The notes beneath the pieces were generated by a model. That model was given only the letters and a program-made list of their open reading frames with translations, had not been told where the DNA came from and did no database searches. From contig CAWDVP010000002.1 of the NCBI GenBank assembly GCA_963805945.1, positions 576,001 through 640,000 of the forward strand: a DNA stretch of 64,000 nt. The letters run 5' to 3'. The position numbers and the translations under genes were made by a program. How positions within the stretch are numbered: the first letter of the stretch is position 1; each line of letters starts with the position of its first letter. Positions 61,759 through 64,000 of the stretch are shown piece after piece. Source of the stretch: Vulcanimicrobiota bacterium (GTDB taxonomy: Bacteria > Vulcanimicrobiota > Vulcanimicrobiia > Eremiobacterales > Eremiobacteraceae).

Positions 61759-62244
61759 CTAGATGTGGCAGGTCGGCGCGATGCCGCGCTTCTCGAAGTA
61801 GCGCTGATGGTAGTCCTCGGCCTCGTAGAACTTCGACGCCGGCGTGATCTCCGTGACGATGGGCCGCTTGAAGCGGCCTGACGTCTGGAGTTGCTCCTTT
61901 GAGCGCTTCGCCGCCGCCTCTTGCTCGGGCGTGTAGAAGAAGATGGCGGAGCGGTATTGCGGCCCCACGTCTGGTCCTTGGCGGTTCAGCGTCGTCGGAT
62001 CGTGCAGCTTCCAAAACGCGTCGAGCAGTTGCTCGTAGCTGACCTTCTTCGGGTCGTACGTGAGCTGAACGGTCTCCGCATGGCCGGTGCGGCTCGTGCA
62101 GACATCCTCATAGGTGGGATCCGCAAGCGTGCCGCCGAGATAGCCGACGCGCGCGTCGACGACCCCGGGGATCTGGCGGAAATTCGATTCGACGCCCCAG
62201 AAGCAGCCGGCGCCGAAGGCCGCGGTCTCTAGTCCATCAGGCAT
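61759..62244 (-). CDS. msrA: peptide-methionine (S)-S-oxide reductase
   Basis: [29 protein letters not shown]. Confidence 0.95.
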   Translation of the reverse strand: MPDGLETAAFGAGCFWGVESNFRQIPGVVDARVGYLGGTLADPTYEDVCTSRTGHAETVQLTYDPKKVSYEQLLDAFWKLHDPTTLNRQGPDVGPQYRSAIFFYTPEQEAAAKRSKEQLQTSGRFKRPIVTEITPASKFYEAEDYHQRYFEKRGIAPTCHI

Positions 62245-62344
62245 TGTTCGTGCTCATCCTCCACCAAGAGATACGCTGTTACGCCGTTCTTGGATGTACG
62301 CCCTTGCCACAGAGGGCATGCCATAGGCGCGGGTACAACTCATC

Positions 62345-63597
62345 GTGACCATGACCTCACCCCAGCGACCCGAACGGCTTGAGGTCGCCTGCGCCATCGC
62401 CGGCGGCGGACCCGCCGGCATGGTGCTCGGATACTTGCTGGCGCGCGCCGGCGTCGACGTCGTCGTGCTGGAGAAGCACGCCGACTTCTTCCGCGATTTC
62501 CGCGGCGACACGATCCATCCGTCGACGCTCGAGATCATGTACGAGCTCGGCGTGCTCGATGCGGTTCTTGAAGCTGCCGCATCAAGAGATCACGCAGCTC
62601 AGCGGCCAGATCGGTCCGACGCTCATCCCCATCGCGGACTTCACCCACCTCCCGACGCATTGCAAGTTCCTCGCCTTCATGCCGCAATGGGATTTCCTGG
62701 ATTTCATCGCGGCGCAAGCCAAGCGCTATCCGGCCTTTCGCGCTGCGGATGCAAGCCGACGTCACCGATCTGATCGTCGAGGACGGTCGCGTGGCCGGCG
62801 TGCGCGCGTCGATCCCCGGCGGCGAGCTCGAGGTGCGCGCGAAACTCGTCGTCGGTGCGGATGGCCGCCATTCGACCGTGCGGGCCGCGGCGGGGCTGGT
62901 CTTCGATGATTTCGGCGCGCCGATGGACGTCATGTGGTTCCGCATCTCGCGGCGGCCGGACGATCCGGGCCAGGTGTTCGGCCGGATCGACCGCGGCCGC
63001 ATGCTCATCATGATCGATCGCGGCGACTACTACCAATGCGGTTATCTGATCCGCAAAGGCGCGTTCGACGAGATACGTCAGCGCGGGCTACCCGCGTTTC
63101 ACGACGACCTCGTCTTGCTCGCGCCGTTCTTGCGCGATCGTCTCGGTGAGATCGCGGATTGGGACCACATCAGCCTGCTCACCGTGGTGGTCGACCGCCT
63201 GCGCCGCTGGTATCGGCCGGGGCTGCTGTGCATCGGCGACGCGGCGCACGCGATGTCGCCGATCGGCGGCGTCGGCATCAACCTCGCGATTCAAGACGCG
63301 GTCGCCGCCGCCAACATCCTGGCGCAGCCGCTGCGCGAGGGCCGCGACACGGACGGTTCGCTCGCAGACGTGCAGCGGCGGCGCGAGTTCCCCACGCGCG
63401 AGACGCAGCGGCTCCAGGTGATCATCCAGAACAACGTGATCCGGCGGATTCTCGGCGTCGATCGCCCGCTGACGCCGCCGTGGCCGCTGCGTTTGCTCGC
63501 GCGCTGGCCGCTCCTACGACGTATCCCCGCGCGAGTCGTCGGCGTCGGTTTCCGGCCGGAACACATCCGGACGCCGGATCTAGCAGCCGATCTTTAG
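62345..63597 (+). CDS. FAD-dependent oxidoreductase (UbiH-like), two frameshifts near 62565 and 62745
   Basis: GGGPAG, DFRGDTIHP, PQWDFL, GADGRHS, IGDAAHAMSPIGGVGINLAIQDA. Confidence 0.85.
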
Positions 63598-63603
63598 ATC
63601 GGC
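63580..63603 (+). repeat. degenerate REP, family A
   Basis: CTAG-CA-GCCGATCT-TT-AGATCGGC. Confidence 0.6.
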
Positions 63604-64000
63604 GTGCTCGGTCTCACCTTGCGCAGCCGCCGCAGATCGCCGTCGCGCAGCGTCACCCCGATCCCGTCGAAGTGCTCCATGAGCGGGAGCGCGTAACGGC
63701 GCGAGGTGCCGAAGGCGTCGCGCATCTGCGCCATGGTCGCGCCCGCGCCGTCCTTGAGCAGCTCCGCGAGGATCGCGCGCGCGCGCTGGATCTGCGCTCG
63801 CCGGTATAGGTCGTCGCCGATGCGGGTGAGCGCTCCGGTGGCCAGCAGCGCTTCGACGGCGTCGGCGAGTCCTTCGATTCGAGCGCCCGTCACCTGCGTC
63901 ATGAGTGCGTCGTAGGAGCCCGGCAACAACGGATTCGTGGGATCATCGCGCAGCGCGCGGGCGAAGAACTCGCGCTGCGGTTGGCTCAGCGACGGCGTCG
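63594..64000 (-). CDS. selB: selenocysteine-specific elongation factor, 3' end (partial)
   Basis: MRDAFGTSRRYALPLMEHFDGIGVTLRDGDLR matches the SECIS-binding winged helix; selC is nearby. Confidence 0.85.
   Translation of the reverse strand, partial: TPSLSQPQREFFARALRDDPTNPLLPGSYDALMTQVTGARIEGLADAVEALLATGALTRIGDDLYRRAQIQRARAILAELLKDGAGATMAQMRDAFGTSRRYALPLMEHFDGIGVTLRDGDLRRLRKVRPSTPI

Noticed and set aside
61759..62244. MsrA as a selenoprotein
   Set aside because: The active-site codon is TGC (Cys).

Overview
High-GC bacterial chromosomal window, mostly core genes with a few accessory patches. The gene content (scpAB, Prp protease, lepB-ylqF-rnhB-yraN cluster, a LolA-like protein, DUF4760-like paralogs) suggests a diderm Terrabacteria lineage such as Eremiobacterota/Vulcanimicrobiota; this is inference only. 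Recognisable loci: dut end and panE; an XRE/RelE-like toxin-antitoxin pair; amino-acid, sugar and peptide ABC transporters; lysA; yifB/comM; sulfide:quinone oxidoreductase; trmD, rplS, rplU-prp; speD-speE; gcvT-H-PA-PB; scpAB; nfo; tRNA-Sec (selC) and the selB 3' end; msrA. Two stretches (about 30.0-31.1 kb and 44.7-52.0 kb) are densely frameshifted, including essential genes, which most likely reflects assembly indels. Most notable observations: (1) nine GTAG/GGAG-footed REP palindromes in two sequence families; (2) one REP lies directly upstream of an ORF whose N-terminus looks like a catalytically dead RAYT (Y1 HUH) transposase joined to a Tag-like DNA glycosylase with an Fe-S motif; (3) a degenerate tRNA-like element inside an accessory patch; (4) an unlisted 35-aa peptide after SQR; (5) an apparently cytoplasmic, disulfide-less alpha-carbonic anhydrase between trmD and rplS; (6) divergent genes whose start codons overlap in one CATG. 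No CRISPR array or rRNA was seen.
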